Shown here: one piece after another, positions 13,619 through 26,334 of the stretch
How positions within the stretch are numbered: the stretch's first letter is position 1
Layout of the letters: each line of letters starts with the position of its first letter
Assembly: GCF_006345805.1 (NCBI RefSeq)
Contig: NC_043001.1
Coordinates: forward strand, 39,804,001 to 39,868,000
Source: Octopus sinensis
Taxonomy: Eukaryota
DNA length: 64,000 nt
Reading direction: 5' to 3'
Made by a program: the position numbers and the translations under genes
The notes under the pieces: model-generated
The model's input: only the letters and a program-made list of their open reading frames with translations
The model's database searches: none
Told to the model about the DNA's origin: nothing

Positions 13619-13849
13619 CTAAAAGACAAATTATAACAAAATAAATCAAGCATTATTATAAAATAAATCAAGCATTATTCACCAAATGACAGAACATTTT
13701 TAATATAACAAAACAAGTCTGATTGTATTCCATTTGTATGAAAAAAAAAACTGATAATATAAAACAAATATTACATGTAAAAAAACGGTTTCTTTTATTC
13801 TGCAGAATACAAATTAAAATCAGTTAAAACACATTGAAAAATATTTTAT

Positions 13850-14620
13850 GGAGAAATGGGTTAAGGAGGGGGATTCTGAGCATGTTATAGTTCCATTACT
13901 TCATCTCCTTGAAGGATTAAACAAATCTTTTCAATGTACCACTGTCAATCTAGGTGGCATGTTGCATAGTGTCAAACTGGTACAGGCAGAGCTAAAAATT
14001 CTACGCAGTGAAGAAAAATTTCAGAAACTGTTTAATACAGCAGAAAAATTAATTTATCAACTCAATATTTCTCCTTCAGAGCTACCAAGGCAACAAAAAG
14101 TTCCTAAAAGATACTAGGAAGAAAATGCATTAAAATATCAACACTGCACTGTTTTGGATCATTACAGGGTGCAGTATTTGCAGGTAGAGGATACTGCAAT
14201 AGCAAACTTAAAAGATTTTTTTTTTCAAAAGATTTAGCAGATTATGAAAAGCTGAGCAATGGAAATTTTTGTGTTGAAGTGATCATGAACTTTCTTTAAG
14301 GAACAAAATACTTTTTTATAGAAATCATCATAGTGGATCACCTCTCGGGGATCATTGTAAAATATTCAGTTAAATGCAACCAGAAGTCCGTCAAATGTTT
14401 GCAAATGTCGAGCGATTGTTCAGGCTATTTTTATTGTTTCCAACCAGTTTTTGTGAAGATGAAAGATCTTTTGGTACTTTGTGAAGACTCAAAACTTGGC
14501 TGTGATCAACCATGACTCTGCAAAGTTTGAATTGTGTTCTAATATGCCATGTTCATAGAGATGTTTTGAAAAAGATTAGTCGTGGAAAAGTTGCTAAATT
14601 AGTTATTGAGAGCAATGATT
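13850..14620 (+). mobile_element. hAT transposase remnant (ZMYM1-like) including C-terminal dimerisation domain
   Basis: LLEGLNKSFQ...ELPRQQKVPKRY, then PEVRQMFANVERLFRLFLLFPTSFCEDERSFGTL*RLKTWL*STM with stops and frameshifts. Confidence 0.75.
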
Positions 14621-14889
14621 TGAGAAATAATACATTTGGTAAATTTTAAAAGACAATAAATTTACTTTATATTTTTTATTCAAACATCTTTATTTTATTT
14701 TTTTATTTGATATAATAAATTCTTTTTAATCTTTTTTTTATATATCTGAACTTCATTTGAATTAGCATAAAATTTTGCTTATGTGATTGGGTCTGGGAAA
14801 GACACCATAAGCAATACTAACATGCTCCTTTAAGAATCAACAAATGTTGGTTTGTCCCCGTCACATTTTAAAGACAAATGGGGTCCCTG

Positions 14890-15560
14890 ATCACCACCAT
14901 CATCATTTAACGTTCATCTTACATGCATGAATGGATAGGACAGTTAGAAAAACTTCCCTAGGCTACTGTGTCTGTTTTGACAGGGATTTTATAGCTGGAT
15001 GCCTTTCCTAACACCAACCACTCTGCAGAGTGGACTCAGTGCTTTTTACGTGGCACTAAGCACAAGTGAGGTTAGTTTTAACATGATTTTTACAGTTGTA
15101 TGCCCTTCCAAACGCCAACCACATTACAGTGTGGACAGGATGCTTTTAATGTGGCACCAGCACTGGCAGGGTAACCAAGTAACCCACAAGACAAGAAATT
15201 ATGAGAAGGGCAGGGCATTTGAGGAGGGGAACTTTGTCAGGGGATAAAAGGTTAGAGTGTGACATGGAGACAGAGACAGAAGCAGAGGGGGCATTAGAGG
15301 AGGTGATCCAATATCAAATGAAGAAAGGTTAGAATGTAACAGGAAAATAGAGAGACAGAAAGAGGTGTCTTGCTATAGAGGAGGCACTTGGTAAGAGAGA
15401 GAGAGAGAGAGAAGAAAGTGTGAGAGAGGTACAAGAAAGCAGCCAGAAACAAGTATGATGATGTAAAGGAGATATTTTGTTACCTAGTCAGAGGAAAAAC
15501 AAGAGGAGAGAAAGAGAGAGAGAGAAAGAGTGACCAAAGGGAAATAGAGAGAGAGTTGGA
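14890..15560 (-). mobile_element. LINE 3' UTR/tail fragment followed by a GA-rich block
   Basis: CATCATCATTTAACGT... tail as in the RTE copies; the GA-rich part resembles 42640-43400. Confidence 0.5.
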
Positions 15561-15882
15561 TCGTTTTGAAATATTGTACATTTGGGCATTGCTGAAGTGA
15601 GTTTTCTTGAGCATGAATAGAGGCAATTTTCTTTGTAGCCCTTGTTTGTGGAGATAAATTAGAATGTCTTCATTTTGATGGCATGGCAGAAAAGAGCTAA
15701 CAATTAAGGAGCATATAAGATGGAAGACATAGAAATTTGAAGGTGTGCATTGTATAATTTAATTTTTTTAGTAATGAATGAAGAGATCTGGAAAAATTCA
15801 TATGCCAATTTGTATGCTGTTATTATGAGAAGCAGTAAACTCTGAATGATTTGGCTATGTTGATAAGCATAATACACTCTGG

Positions 15883-16000
15883 TGATGATGATGATGACGA
15901 CAACAACAATGATGGTGATGACGATGATGATGATGACGATGATGATGATGACGATGATGATGATGGTGACGATGACGATGATGACGATGGTGACGATGAC

Positions 16001-16031
<31 letters not shown>
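15883..16031. repeat. (GAT/GAC)n microsatellite
   Basis: Direct reading; source of poly-D/M/H/I pseudo-ORFs. Confidence 0.95.
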
Positions 16032-16033
<2 letters not shown>

Positions 16034-16440
16034 ATACGTGTGTGCTGCTTGTGAGTGCATATTCAAGTATACACTCTAAAGATGAGGTTAAAAGAATGTT
16101 CATTTTTAATAACAATAACACTTCTCAGATTTTTAGGACAATTATTAATTTTGTTAATTTCATCAAACCAAGAACAATTTATGGATCACATGCTAGCAAC
16201 TAAGTCTCTCTTCTGCAAATCAAACATAATCTCAACCATAATATTGCTATTTCAATAATACTGGAATAATGTAAGGAAGAAGGTCATAAGCATTAAAATA
16301 TTATTGGTAGTATTTGTTACAACTATCAGATTTTATGAATTGACTGAAACTCAAAGTTAGTGTTTACAGAAACATATTATGTTCATGATCATAATAGATA
16401 ATAGGAAAATACATACAAATGATTTATATTTGGTACTTAC

Positions 16441-16719
16441 TGTATATTGGTATTGCAAGAAATTTTGTCGTGTTAATGCTCTGACAACTAAATCTTAAAT
16501 CATTATTTGAAAGAAGTGTGATGTTTAAGATGTTGACTTCCTCAGAAAGCACATTTGCTTTAAACTCTTCAGTTTCAACAGGTAACCAAGTAGAATTTTC
16601 AATTTTTTTAGATCCAATTTGCCACATGACAATTTCTTCTTTTGCAATAGGACATTCAAAAGTTACTGTTTGATTTTTCCTGACAAATTTTACACCACCA
16701 TCACTTGTTTGAAAAGAAA
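16441..16719 (-). CDS. Host gene exon: first Ig-like domain (phase 1-1, 279 nt)
   Basis: Acceptor tttcctttag and donor GTAAGT; VTFEC...IVMW...ILNIT...LRFSC pattern with four NxS/T sequons. Confidence 0.8.
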
Positions 16720-18155
16720 CTAAAGGAAATGAAAATATAAAACATATATATATATATCTATACACCGTTTAATAACTACTTTGTTATTCCAAGATGTAAT
16801 TTTTCTAATGGAAGAACAACAATTTCAAATAAATCAAAATTATGAGGATTGATTGAAAAGTTCCTTTTAATGTGTTATTAAGAATTAAATGCGAACAGAG
16901 TTACAGAGGATATTTCAAAGAGAATAAAATTTGGGAACCAAGTAGAAATCATATCTATATATCATAGATGATACCTAAGGCATCAGCTTGCTGCCAATAA
17001 CTTAAATAGTAACTTAAATGGTATCTTGTGATCAGTAGGAATAATAGTAAGAAGGTATTTGATTCCTGAACTTTATCTAAATATTCTCTGAACTTTATCT
17101 AAATACAGTTAGTTACTAATGTACTTACATGTTGACTAACATTTCATTAAATTTTCTGTGATATCTGCATTTGTATTCACATTTAGTTTTTAAAATTTGA
17201 AAGATTTTATTTAACATATTTAAAAGGGTAAAATCTGCATGAAGACTAGCAGTGGACTGAATGATGAGAAGGATAATTAAAATATTAAAAGGCTTATAAT
17301 TTTTTTTTTACCATTACCAAGAATTAACACTGATAGAAATTAATCGAAATATTTACTGACATAATTAGAACTTTCTAAGACTATATTTTCAGTCCTCACT
17401 TTGCTAATATATAAGATAAAACTTAAGACATCAACAATAGAAATAAACTAGAGATAATTACATCACTGCATTTTTATTTTTCCTACAACCAGAGTTTTCA
17501 AACAATAGAACTATAAGATTGGTAACTATGACAAAATTAATTACAGAATTAATGAAAGAAAATGAAGTTTTGAGAATTTGTAATATATTTCAGTAATAGT
17601 CATTATTGATATAGTTAATCATAGTAATGATCGTTCATAAACTAATGACATCAAGAACTAGTAGTCAACATCTTTTCCTATAAACATTTGTATAGAAAGT
17701 TTTAAAATATTTTTCATGTTTTTTCTGTTTTGCTTTAATCTCCTTACAAATTCTATATTCAGCAGAATATATCATCATCACCATCATCGTTGTTACCATC
17801 GCCATCATCATTGTCATTATCTTCCTTTTAACATTTACTTTTGCCTGCTTGTACAAGTCAGTGTTTTCTAAGGCTGGATGTCCTCTCTGCCACTAACCCC
17901 CACTTGTTTCCAGGCAAGGTAATAATTTGGGGGGGGGGGGCATGTCTACACAGAGAACTGGAAATAAACAGTGCATATGAAGGAGCCTTTTCTTCTCAAA
18001 GATTGCACAATGATTTAAGATGTCTAGTTATGCTTTTGCAGAGGACTACCAGTAAACAACACCATCAGCAGAGTCATTGTTTGTAGCCAGGAAGTGAAAA
18101 CACTTGAAGGCAAGAGGAGAATATTAACTCACACAAATACCTACATACATATATA

Positions 18156-18194
<39 letters not shown>

Positions 18195-18848
18195 GTGTGT
18201 GTGTGTGTGTGTGCATGTGTGTCTGTGTATGTATGTTTTTACTTGGTTCAGCCATTGGTCTGCATCCATACTGGAGGACCTTCTTCAGAGGTTTTAGCTG
18301 AATGAATCAACCCCAGTGCTTTTTTTAAATGCCTGGTATTTATTCTATCAGTCTCTTATATCAAACTGCTAAGATTCAGGGATATAAACAAACTGAGACC
18401 TGTTGAAAAGCAGTGGTGGGGTCGAACCCTTCATCATCTGACACATGATCACCTGCTCTAATGCTTCCTCTCCTCTCAAAAGATCTTTGCTCTGCAAGTC
18501 ACTTGGTGACCCTGCAAGTGTTGGTGCCACATTAAAAGCACTTTGTTCACACTACGGTGTGGATGATGTTAGGAAGGGTCTCTTGTTGTAAAAACCATGC
18601 CAAAACAGATACAGCTTCTGTCAAAAAGTCCAACTTATGCCAGCATGGAAGGTGAACATTAAATGATGATGATGTGTGTATGTGTGTGTGTGTGTGTGTG
18701 TGCGTGTGCGCACGGGCGTGTAAATATCATCTGTATAAAACATGAATCTGAAAAAGAAGCACACCCTATGATATAGTGCAGTGTATATTAAAAATGTGGA
18801 AGGCCAGTTTACGGGAATATTCTTAAGAGGCCTCAGGCCAGCAGGTTT

Positions 18849-18911
18849 TGGGATCTGATGACACGCCTTAAAGCTAAATCCTTTATGGGCAGGAAACCTA
18901 AGGTAATCCTA
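18849..18911 (+). ncRNA. Type I hammerhead ribozyme motif in a PLE-type terminus
   Basis: TGGGAT-CTGATGA-[stem II]-GAAA-CC TAA GG-TA-ATCCTA: 6-bp stem I, 3-bp stem III, GUA cleavage triplet; stem II irregular. Confidence 0.65.
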
Positions 18912-18934
18912 TAAACTGGCCTTCCCCATTTTTA

Positions 18935-19021
<87 letters not shown>

Positions 19022-19022
<1 letters not shown>

Positions 19023-19810
19023 GTAGATAAGGCTGGTTTATGGGATTACTTTGGGTTTCACATCCATAAAATGTATCATCAGTGTATCATCAGACTCCAA
19101 AACCTGTTAGTACATGGCCTATATAGTAAGTGGCCTCTCTAGAAATGGAGGAGGAAAAAGATTTCATTACTCTATGTCAACAACAGGGGATTGTCTCCTT
19201 TTGGCTGTTATTCATAACCGATTCTATTATCGTGTGGGTCCCAGGATGCCTGCAGGAATTTCTTGAAGAGCAAACAGGGTTCAAAGCTTTCTATTTTGGA
19301 GTCAAGGATGTTCCCTGGGTTGAGAGAGTACTTCAATATCCTTGCCTGTTCATCTATGCACAGTTTACAACACTTGGTCCTGTTTATGTAGGGGCATAAA
19401 TTTTCTAGGATTCTCCATGATATTACGTGTGGAACTCCCTTGTCCTTCAGCTGCCATACATGGCTTGCTAATGACATAGCATATTTCCTTTCCGGTATCC
19501 TGAAAGAAGATCTGTGGTTGGAGAGATGTTGCTTGAACATTTTACTGGAGCATCCAAAGTATCTCTGTGTGTGGATGTTGGTGGTGTTGTATCTGCTGGT
19601 GTTGACGCTACTGCTACCGCTGTTGTTGGTATGGATGCTGTTGGTGTTGTTATTGGCATCACTGAAGGTTACAATGGTGTTCGTACTGTTACAACTGGTG
19701 TAGGGGACATCAACAGTGGTGGTGCTGCTGTTGATGTTATGGTCATCATCATTGGTGTTGTTGGAGCTGTTGTCAGTGCTATCATGATGATATTGTTTCT
19801 GTCTGCCAAA
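19022..19810 (-). mobile_element. PLE remnant: GIY-YIG endonuclease C-terminal part (probably Naiad-type), 3' UTR and degenerate HHR
   Basis: QRYFGCSSKMFKQHLSNHRSSF...LASHVWQLK...WRIL...CKLCIDEQ (ORF 19208..19540); CTGATGA...GAAAC at 19097-19041. Confidence 0.75.
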
Positions 19811-19908
19811 GACTATTGTAGAAGACTCTCATCCAAAGTTTCATAGAGTAAGACTGAACTTGAAACCATATGATGGAGAACCAGGCTCCTTACCACACAG
19901 CTCGCACC
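19811..19908 (-). mobile_element. Degenerate tRNA-derived SINE head
   Basis: GGTGCGAGCTGTGTGGTAAGGAGC...GTTCAGTC...GTCTTCTACAATAG aligns by eye with the head of 9971..10075. Confidence 0.6.
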
Positions 19909-20068
19909 TTGCCATGTCTGTGCATATACACAGCAGCTGGAAGAATAATACAAGATACCCACATATGCAAAACCTATAAGCATAATTCTGTTTGATCAGT
20001 GCTAGCCTTAGGATTTAACAACAGTTTTTATGATTAAATTCTACAATCTATCAATGGATACAAAAATA

Positions 20069-21647
20069 CGAGGGGGTACCCAAAAGTAACCGGAAACATT
20101 CTCTGTAGGACAAGCCTGTTGTAGTTTGGGCTTCCACCACTTGATGCAGCCCTAAGGCATCAATCTGCTGACTGGCATCATCTAGAGAGGTTGTACTGCC
20201 ACATGGTGCATCTTTGTGTTGCAGTGCTTCTCCCTTATTCATCTCTCTATATATAAACGGCAGTTTGTCTGTCTGTGTGTCTGTCAGGTTGTACCCTCAC
20301 CCTGACCACGGCTTTCAACCAATTCTGATGAAATTTGACACACACATAGCCCAATGTCAGAATTCAAAACTAACGCAGCGAAAATTTTGAAAAGTTCCCC
20401 CAGTTCTGAAAAAAATTGATAAATTTGACATGGGGTTGAGAATCTAAGCTTTTTATATGCAACACATTTTCTGTTGTAGTTTTCGCAACTTGCAATCGAT
20501 TTTCATCAAACTCATGGTGATGTTACCCTAAGAAACTTAATTCTGACGTTAGTTTTCCATGCAATACCTTACCATCAGAAAAAATCGATAAAATCATGCC
20601 ATTTGGGAAATCGCGTTCAAATTCAAGATGACATATTTTTCGACAATATCTTTCACAAATTGGCAGGAATTTTTTTTTTAATTCACAGCGAGCATCATGT
20701 CTGCTCCAAGAAACTATATGGCCCTTTTTATTCCAATAGGATACTTTATTACTGGAAAAAATCGGTTAATTAAATCATATGTGGCACACATAGCAAACCG
20801 ATTTGTGTATTAAACACAAACCACAGACACTCTAGGGGATGCAACTCGACCTTTTTATCGCCCAAAGGGACAGCTAGGAACATCGTATACACAGAAGTAT
20901 TCGAGTGAAGAGAAGACATTGCAACCTACACATGCGCCTTCGTTCCCTAGAGGGAAAGGACTAGATTGGGATTAGTTGTTGCCTACTAGGGGCTCTTACA
21001 TACCTGGGCTATGCTGCTAGTTGACTTTTATAAAATTCTGTTTTTGACTGGGGAATATGGTGGCTGAAACAGTTGTCATGCTTCAAACAACTTACAAGGA
21101 TGCTGCTATGAGCAAAACACAAGTTTATGAGTTATTTTCATACTTTAGGAATGGTCATTTGTCGGTTAGAGACTAACGAATGAATGAAAACATTATTGGA
21201 GGACCGTCACTGAACAATTGACAGACTTGTTGATATGATTGGTGTATCCTAGAACTCCTGCCAACGAATTTTGTGGCTGAAAAGAGTTTCAGCAAAATTT
21301 GTGCCTCACTTGCTCACAGAAGATCAAAAGCAGTTATAACTGAATGTGTGTTGTGAACTGAAAGAATAGATGGAAATTGATCTGGATCTTTTCTTCAAAG
21401 TTCATCACTAGTGACAAAAGCTAGTGCTACAAAATGTGCAGAGGTGAATAAAAAAATGACAAAGGCATTAAAAGGCACCATATCGCAAGAGTTCCAATAC
21501 TGCTTTGAACAGTAGAAAATGCATCTGGACTGATGCATTGCTTCAAAGGGAGAATACTTTGAAGGCGATGCAGTAAGAGCGTAAACATATAAAACCAAGT
21601 GAATAAAATAACACTGCAAAATTTTGGGTTTTTTGGGTACCCCCTCG
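20069..21647 (+). mobile_element. Mariner-type DNA transposon, internally deleted and interrupted
   Basis: TIRs CGAGGGGGTACCCAAAA / TTTTGGGTACCCCCTCG with TA on both sides; transposase pieces KFCF*LG...AMSKTQVYE and CIASKGEYFEGD. Confidence 0.85.
20242..21020 (+). mobile_element. Non-autonomous Helitron-like element inserted in the mariner
   Basis: 5' A|TC start with TATATAAA and a GTCT/GT repeat, 3' CTAG|T end, no TSD; subterminal hairpin poorly preserved. Confidence 0.55.
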
Positions 21648-21707
21648 TATATGATAGCTGAAAATTCTGAAAACAAGTGTTTATATCAGAAACATACTGT
21701 TACTTAC

Positions 21708-21762
21708 CACAGAAGCATTGTACAATTAACAAGTATTTCAAATGTATCAGATTGAATTCCAT
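21708..21762 (-). CDS. Host gene first coding exon: signal peptide MEFNLIHLKYLLIVQCFC
   Basis: Acceptor ttttgtttgtag 3 nt before the ATG; 18 codons plus 1 nt, then GTAAGT; phase 1 joins in frame to exon 16719 (G|TT = Val). Confidence 0.7.
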
Positions 21763-22310
21763 TATCTACAAACAAAAGGACAAAATACTGGTAGCAACAA
21801 TTTCTACAAATAAGGAGCATGAAGTCCATGATGCAAAATAATACAATGTAGAAAATAATTTGATATTAATCATAGGAAATTGTCTTTGCAAAATCAGGAA
21901 CCCACTGAACAACAAGTTTTATCATGGTGAAATTATGAAGAGCAAGTATATAAGATAGAACAGTATAGAGGATAAATAATAAAATACAAGACATAGAAAA
22001 TCAGAAAAATGCAGAGGAAAACAAAATACAACAGTGTTGTTAGTTCATACTTTAAGTAACTTCTATTACACCCTGTCTCTAAAATACCTCAGAATATCCA
22101 AGTAAAACATTTTAATTTTATAGATTTTCTAAAGAACTCAGAGCCATTACTGCAAGTTATGATATTTTGTAAACAAATACATGTATGTAAACAATGCAAT
22201 TGAAGATAGAAAAAAAAAAGGTTTTGGGTGTATATGCATATTTCAAGAGTTTCTGCTCTTTCATCAGTATCAAATCCAACCCATCAACTGTCCATGAACA
22301 CATTGTTTAA

Positions 22311-22508
22311 CCCTTTCATTACCAACCCGGCTCTGGTTCTGAGTACAAATGTCTTGTTTTCATAAGTTTTGAATTAAAATCTTCCACCAAACCTTAGTCA
22401 TAATTTATGTTCCTAACACTAGCTTAATGATAACTAAGTTATTTTACTATATTCTTTGTAATTGAAAGAAACACAGAGCATCTTAATATAAATACAGTAA
22501 CGAAAGGG
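22311..22508. mobile_element. piggyBac-like MITE
   Basis: TTAA on both sides; TIRs CCCTTTCATTAC / GTAACGAAAGGG (11/12 match). Confidence 0.75.
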
Positions 22509-23129
22509 TTAAATACTCAATATGTTTAGCAGTGCGACATCGCTGGATAGAGCAATTTGCATATTAAACACATTCCTGGTAAATGGTACACACATATAAA
22601 CTGCTGACAAGGTCACAGTATTTCATTTTGCAACCACAATATACTATACTATGCCTAGACTAGTAGAGTATAGTATATACTATACTTACACTAGTATAGT
22701 ATAGTATATTATATACTTTACTATACTTGGTGGTACATTGTGGTTGCAAATCTAATTACTGTCCCTCACAGCAATTCCGAAGCAAAAAATTGTATTCATC
22801 ATTTGACCACATGAAAGAAACTAATAATGGACAATGTCTCTCCAGTCACTTGAGTGACTTTGACATATTGTTTTTCATTGTGAAAATAATGTGATAAAAG
22901 CTTTTTGTCTTGACATGATGATCATACACCTACATTTCATCACCTATAATACAAACTTTACAGGAAGTTTTCATCTGTATTCAAACAATCTAACAGCTGT
23001 CTGTGATCTGGTTCTTGGCCTGAACATTTATATATATATATATCTACTTCTTCAGAGACTTCACAGAAGTCAATGCTTTTAACAAGCTGCAGGAAACACT
23101 TTTGTAATGTAATAAATGTCTTGTAGAAT

Positions 23130-23790
23130 CATATAGAAATGGAGGTCATCTTCAGCTGACAGGTTTCCCAATTTGAACTGATGATACTCCTCAGCACTGT
23201 GTATAGCCCAATCAATCCTTGATGTAGGCCTGTTGCTACATTAGAAGATACTCTGTAAAAGAGTTTCCCACAAATTTTCACAACTTCTTTATTATGTCAA
23301 TCCATACAACCCTTTGTTACTTTGTCTGTGAGATTCAACAACTTCAGATCTGTCTTCACCACATTGTCCCCACTTTTCCTCAGCCTCCTTCTTCTGCATG
23401 TTTCAATCATTTTGAGCATGCAACACTATCTTTTAAACAGATGTCCTCCTTCATGTTCATTATATGTTTGTATCAAGGCATTCTTCTCTCTTGTACATTG
23501 CATCTGATTCCTTTCGTGCAGTTTTCCCCTCAGTTACTTTATGCTCCATAGTTCGTGCACACAACTATTACACATCCAGCAGAATATGTTCATTTCATTT
23601 CATTCTAGTCTTCATAAATCTGCACTCAAAGAGGCCCATGTCTCACTTCCAAACAGCATTACACATCATATACAAGCATCATACAATCTACCTTTCACTC
23701 TGAGAAAAATCCTTTTGTTACCAGCAGAGGTAACAACATCCTGAACTTCTTCCAGCCAGTTCTTACTGTTGCTACTATGCTTTCTGATCA
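23130..23790 (-). mobile_element. Old RTE-like LINE fragment
   Basis: Similar by eye to the GRLYDACV...LYGSET region of other copies; heavily mutated. Confidence 0.55.
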
Positions 23791-24559
23791 CTTACTCTTT
23801 TTGTTAATTAAGTAATATAATTTATCAACTAACCCTAGACAACTCATCAACCACTTTACAGAATACTGTGAGTGGAATTTTAGTAAGGTTTACCTTCTAC
23901 ACTGTAAGATGAATGAGACTTTGCTAGTTGAGTAGTTAGATAGAAGAGCAGTGTTAAAAGAGCTAGCATGAGTGAGAGAGGGTAGTAAGAGTGTGACATG
24001 GATGAAAGGGTAGATAGACAAAGTGAGTGAATGATTGGCTCTGCTCAACTTAGCAAATCAAATCAAAGAAAGAAAGACCTCATCACCTTCAAATGATATC
24101 TGGACAAATTTCTTCAAAGAACACCAGACAAGCCACCTATACCTAAATACATCTCAACCACAAACAACTGGCTACTTGACTTAGATTCTATTACGTGGTG
24201 CTATTAAGTTAGACATGACCTGCACCAATTTTTAGCTGAAACATACCTAAACAGAGGTGGGTCTGGTAATATTGTTGAAATGCTTAAACAAAGGCCTGTA
24301 GAAGTATACTTTGTATTAGAGGTATAAGAGATGGTGGGGAACCTCAGCTAGACTGTTTGTGAGCAAGAAACATAGATACAAATTCTACTAGATAGACAGT
24401 AGTGATGGAGTAGGTGACAGAGGTATTCATTTGGAAATGAAATGAGTGGGTAAAGTGAAAGAAATAGTCAGGGAGTGTAATAGGATTGTTAAGCTAAGAA
24501 CAGTCTTGTATAATGCAACAATAACATTTATCTCTGCATAAGCTCTACATGATGGACTG

Positions 24560-25230
24560 GCAGATGAACAGAAGGATTGTTTGTATGAATCTCTTTTGCA
24601 GATTACCTCAACAACAGAAAAAGTTAAATGGCCCAGCTTGATATGTAGGAAAAGTATCGGCAGAAATTTCATCAGTGTACTCAGTGCAAACTATGACAAG
24701 GTGTTTTTATGTGGAAGATGCACAGGAACCATCTCCAGAGGCTCTCTATTGGTAGTAAATACTTCTGTTAAGAAATTGACCTAATTAGCAGTGGAGGAGG
24801 GTGTTCTGAAAGTGTAATTGTTAGAATAAGAAAAGAAAGGAGAAAATTCTGAGAGTTTTTACCTCAATTGTCAACCAAAGGCAGATTGTATGATGCTTGT
24901 GTGTGAACAGCATTAGTGAAGCATAGGCCCAAAATCCAGAGGGCCCTTAAAGACTACATAGGAATGAAGCTAGTATACTCCATTGGATGTTCAGTGTCAG
25001 TGTACATGTATGACAGAGTGCTAGTGTATTGAGAAAAATGTTAGGCATAAGAGGAACATACTAGAGAGAAGACTGAATTGGTTTGTTTATATGGATGAGA
25101 ACAGTTGCATAAAGAAGTGCCGTTCACTTAAAGTGGATGGAACTTGTGGAAGAGGAAAATCCTGGAAGATGTGGGACAAAGTATTGACAATTGATCTCAA
25201 GAAGCTGAACCTTATCGAGATGATAAAGGA
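24560..25230 (+). mobile_element. Old RTE-like LINE fragment
   Basis: Degenerate KVFLCGRC ... GRGKSWKMWD region. Confidence 0.5.
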
Positions 25231-26334
25231 CCAAGATGTCTGATCCTTTGCTGTGCTCATGAAGATTCATCTTCCACAGGAGAATTGATATCCTAAAATG
25301 ATCTTGGCAAATGCTTGCACACATGGGGCTCTTCCTCACCTCCATTCATTCTCCGTGTCCCATCAAGCATTTCTCCCATATCTCATTCCCTAACACTCAA
25401 TACTTCTCAATGTATGATATTACTCAGCCACCACAATCACTCAAGAGCACAATCAGCACATACAAGATCCCTTCCTCTAGGTGAACTTCCTCTTTCTCAC
25501 CCTCCCAGAACCACCTCTATTTGTCATCTTCCCTGCCCATAGTTTCTACTAATCATCTCCTTGAATCTTCAGCCATTGTTGTCTTCCCTCTATTATCCTC
25601 CATCTCATTGCTCTTTCCACTCTGCTATTCCTCGTCATTAACACCTCTCTTATCTTCTATCACTTCTAATGTGCTCACATACCTATGATAACTCCACCCC
25701 CACTCTGAGCCACTCCTATATATCTCACTATCATGTACAACAGCCACCTGTATGCCATCATGCCATCTGTGACTGTCTGTCCTCACATTTTTATGAAACT
25801 TTGAAACTTCCCCTCCATCCCCCTGCCCTTTCCCCTTGTCCAGTCCTCTGAATCATTTCACCTATATTCACATCCCATTATACCTTTATATTCTGACACA
25901 TTTCCACCACTACTATCTCTATCTGTCTGTCTGTCTATCTGTCTGTTTTCTCTAAATATCTCTTTCCTTTCATTTCCAACTTTCTTTTCCTTGTATCTCT
26001 TCTACAGTAAGATGCCTATCTTTATCCCCCTATCATTCTCTTTTCAACCTCTCATCAAAAACATTAGGACAAAAACACTTCCTTCAACACTCTTCCACCT
26101 CCCAGTTGAGGTATCTTTCTCTTACAAGTTATTAGGTGATCCTGCCAGTGCTGATGCCACACCAAAAGCACCAAGCACACTCTGTAAAGTGGATGACATT
26201 GGGAACGGCATCCAGTTGTAGAAGCAGACAGCAGACCTTGCCAAAGTGGTCTGGCTTGCCAGCCTTTGTCAAATCATCCAATCCATGCCAGCATGGCAAG
26301 TGAATGTAAAATGATGGTGACGATGATTATATAT

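Noticed and set aside
19514-19846. Val/Gly-rich, membrane-like plus-strand ORF as a TM exon
   Set aside because: It is the antisense of an AAC/ACC low-complexity tract and on the wrong strand for the Ig gene.
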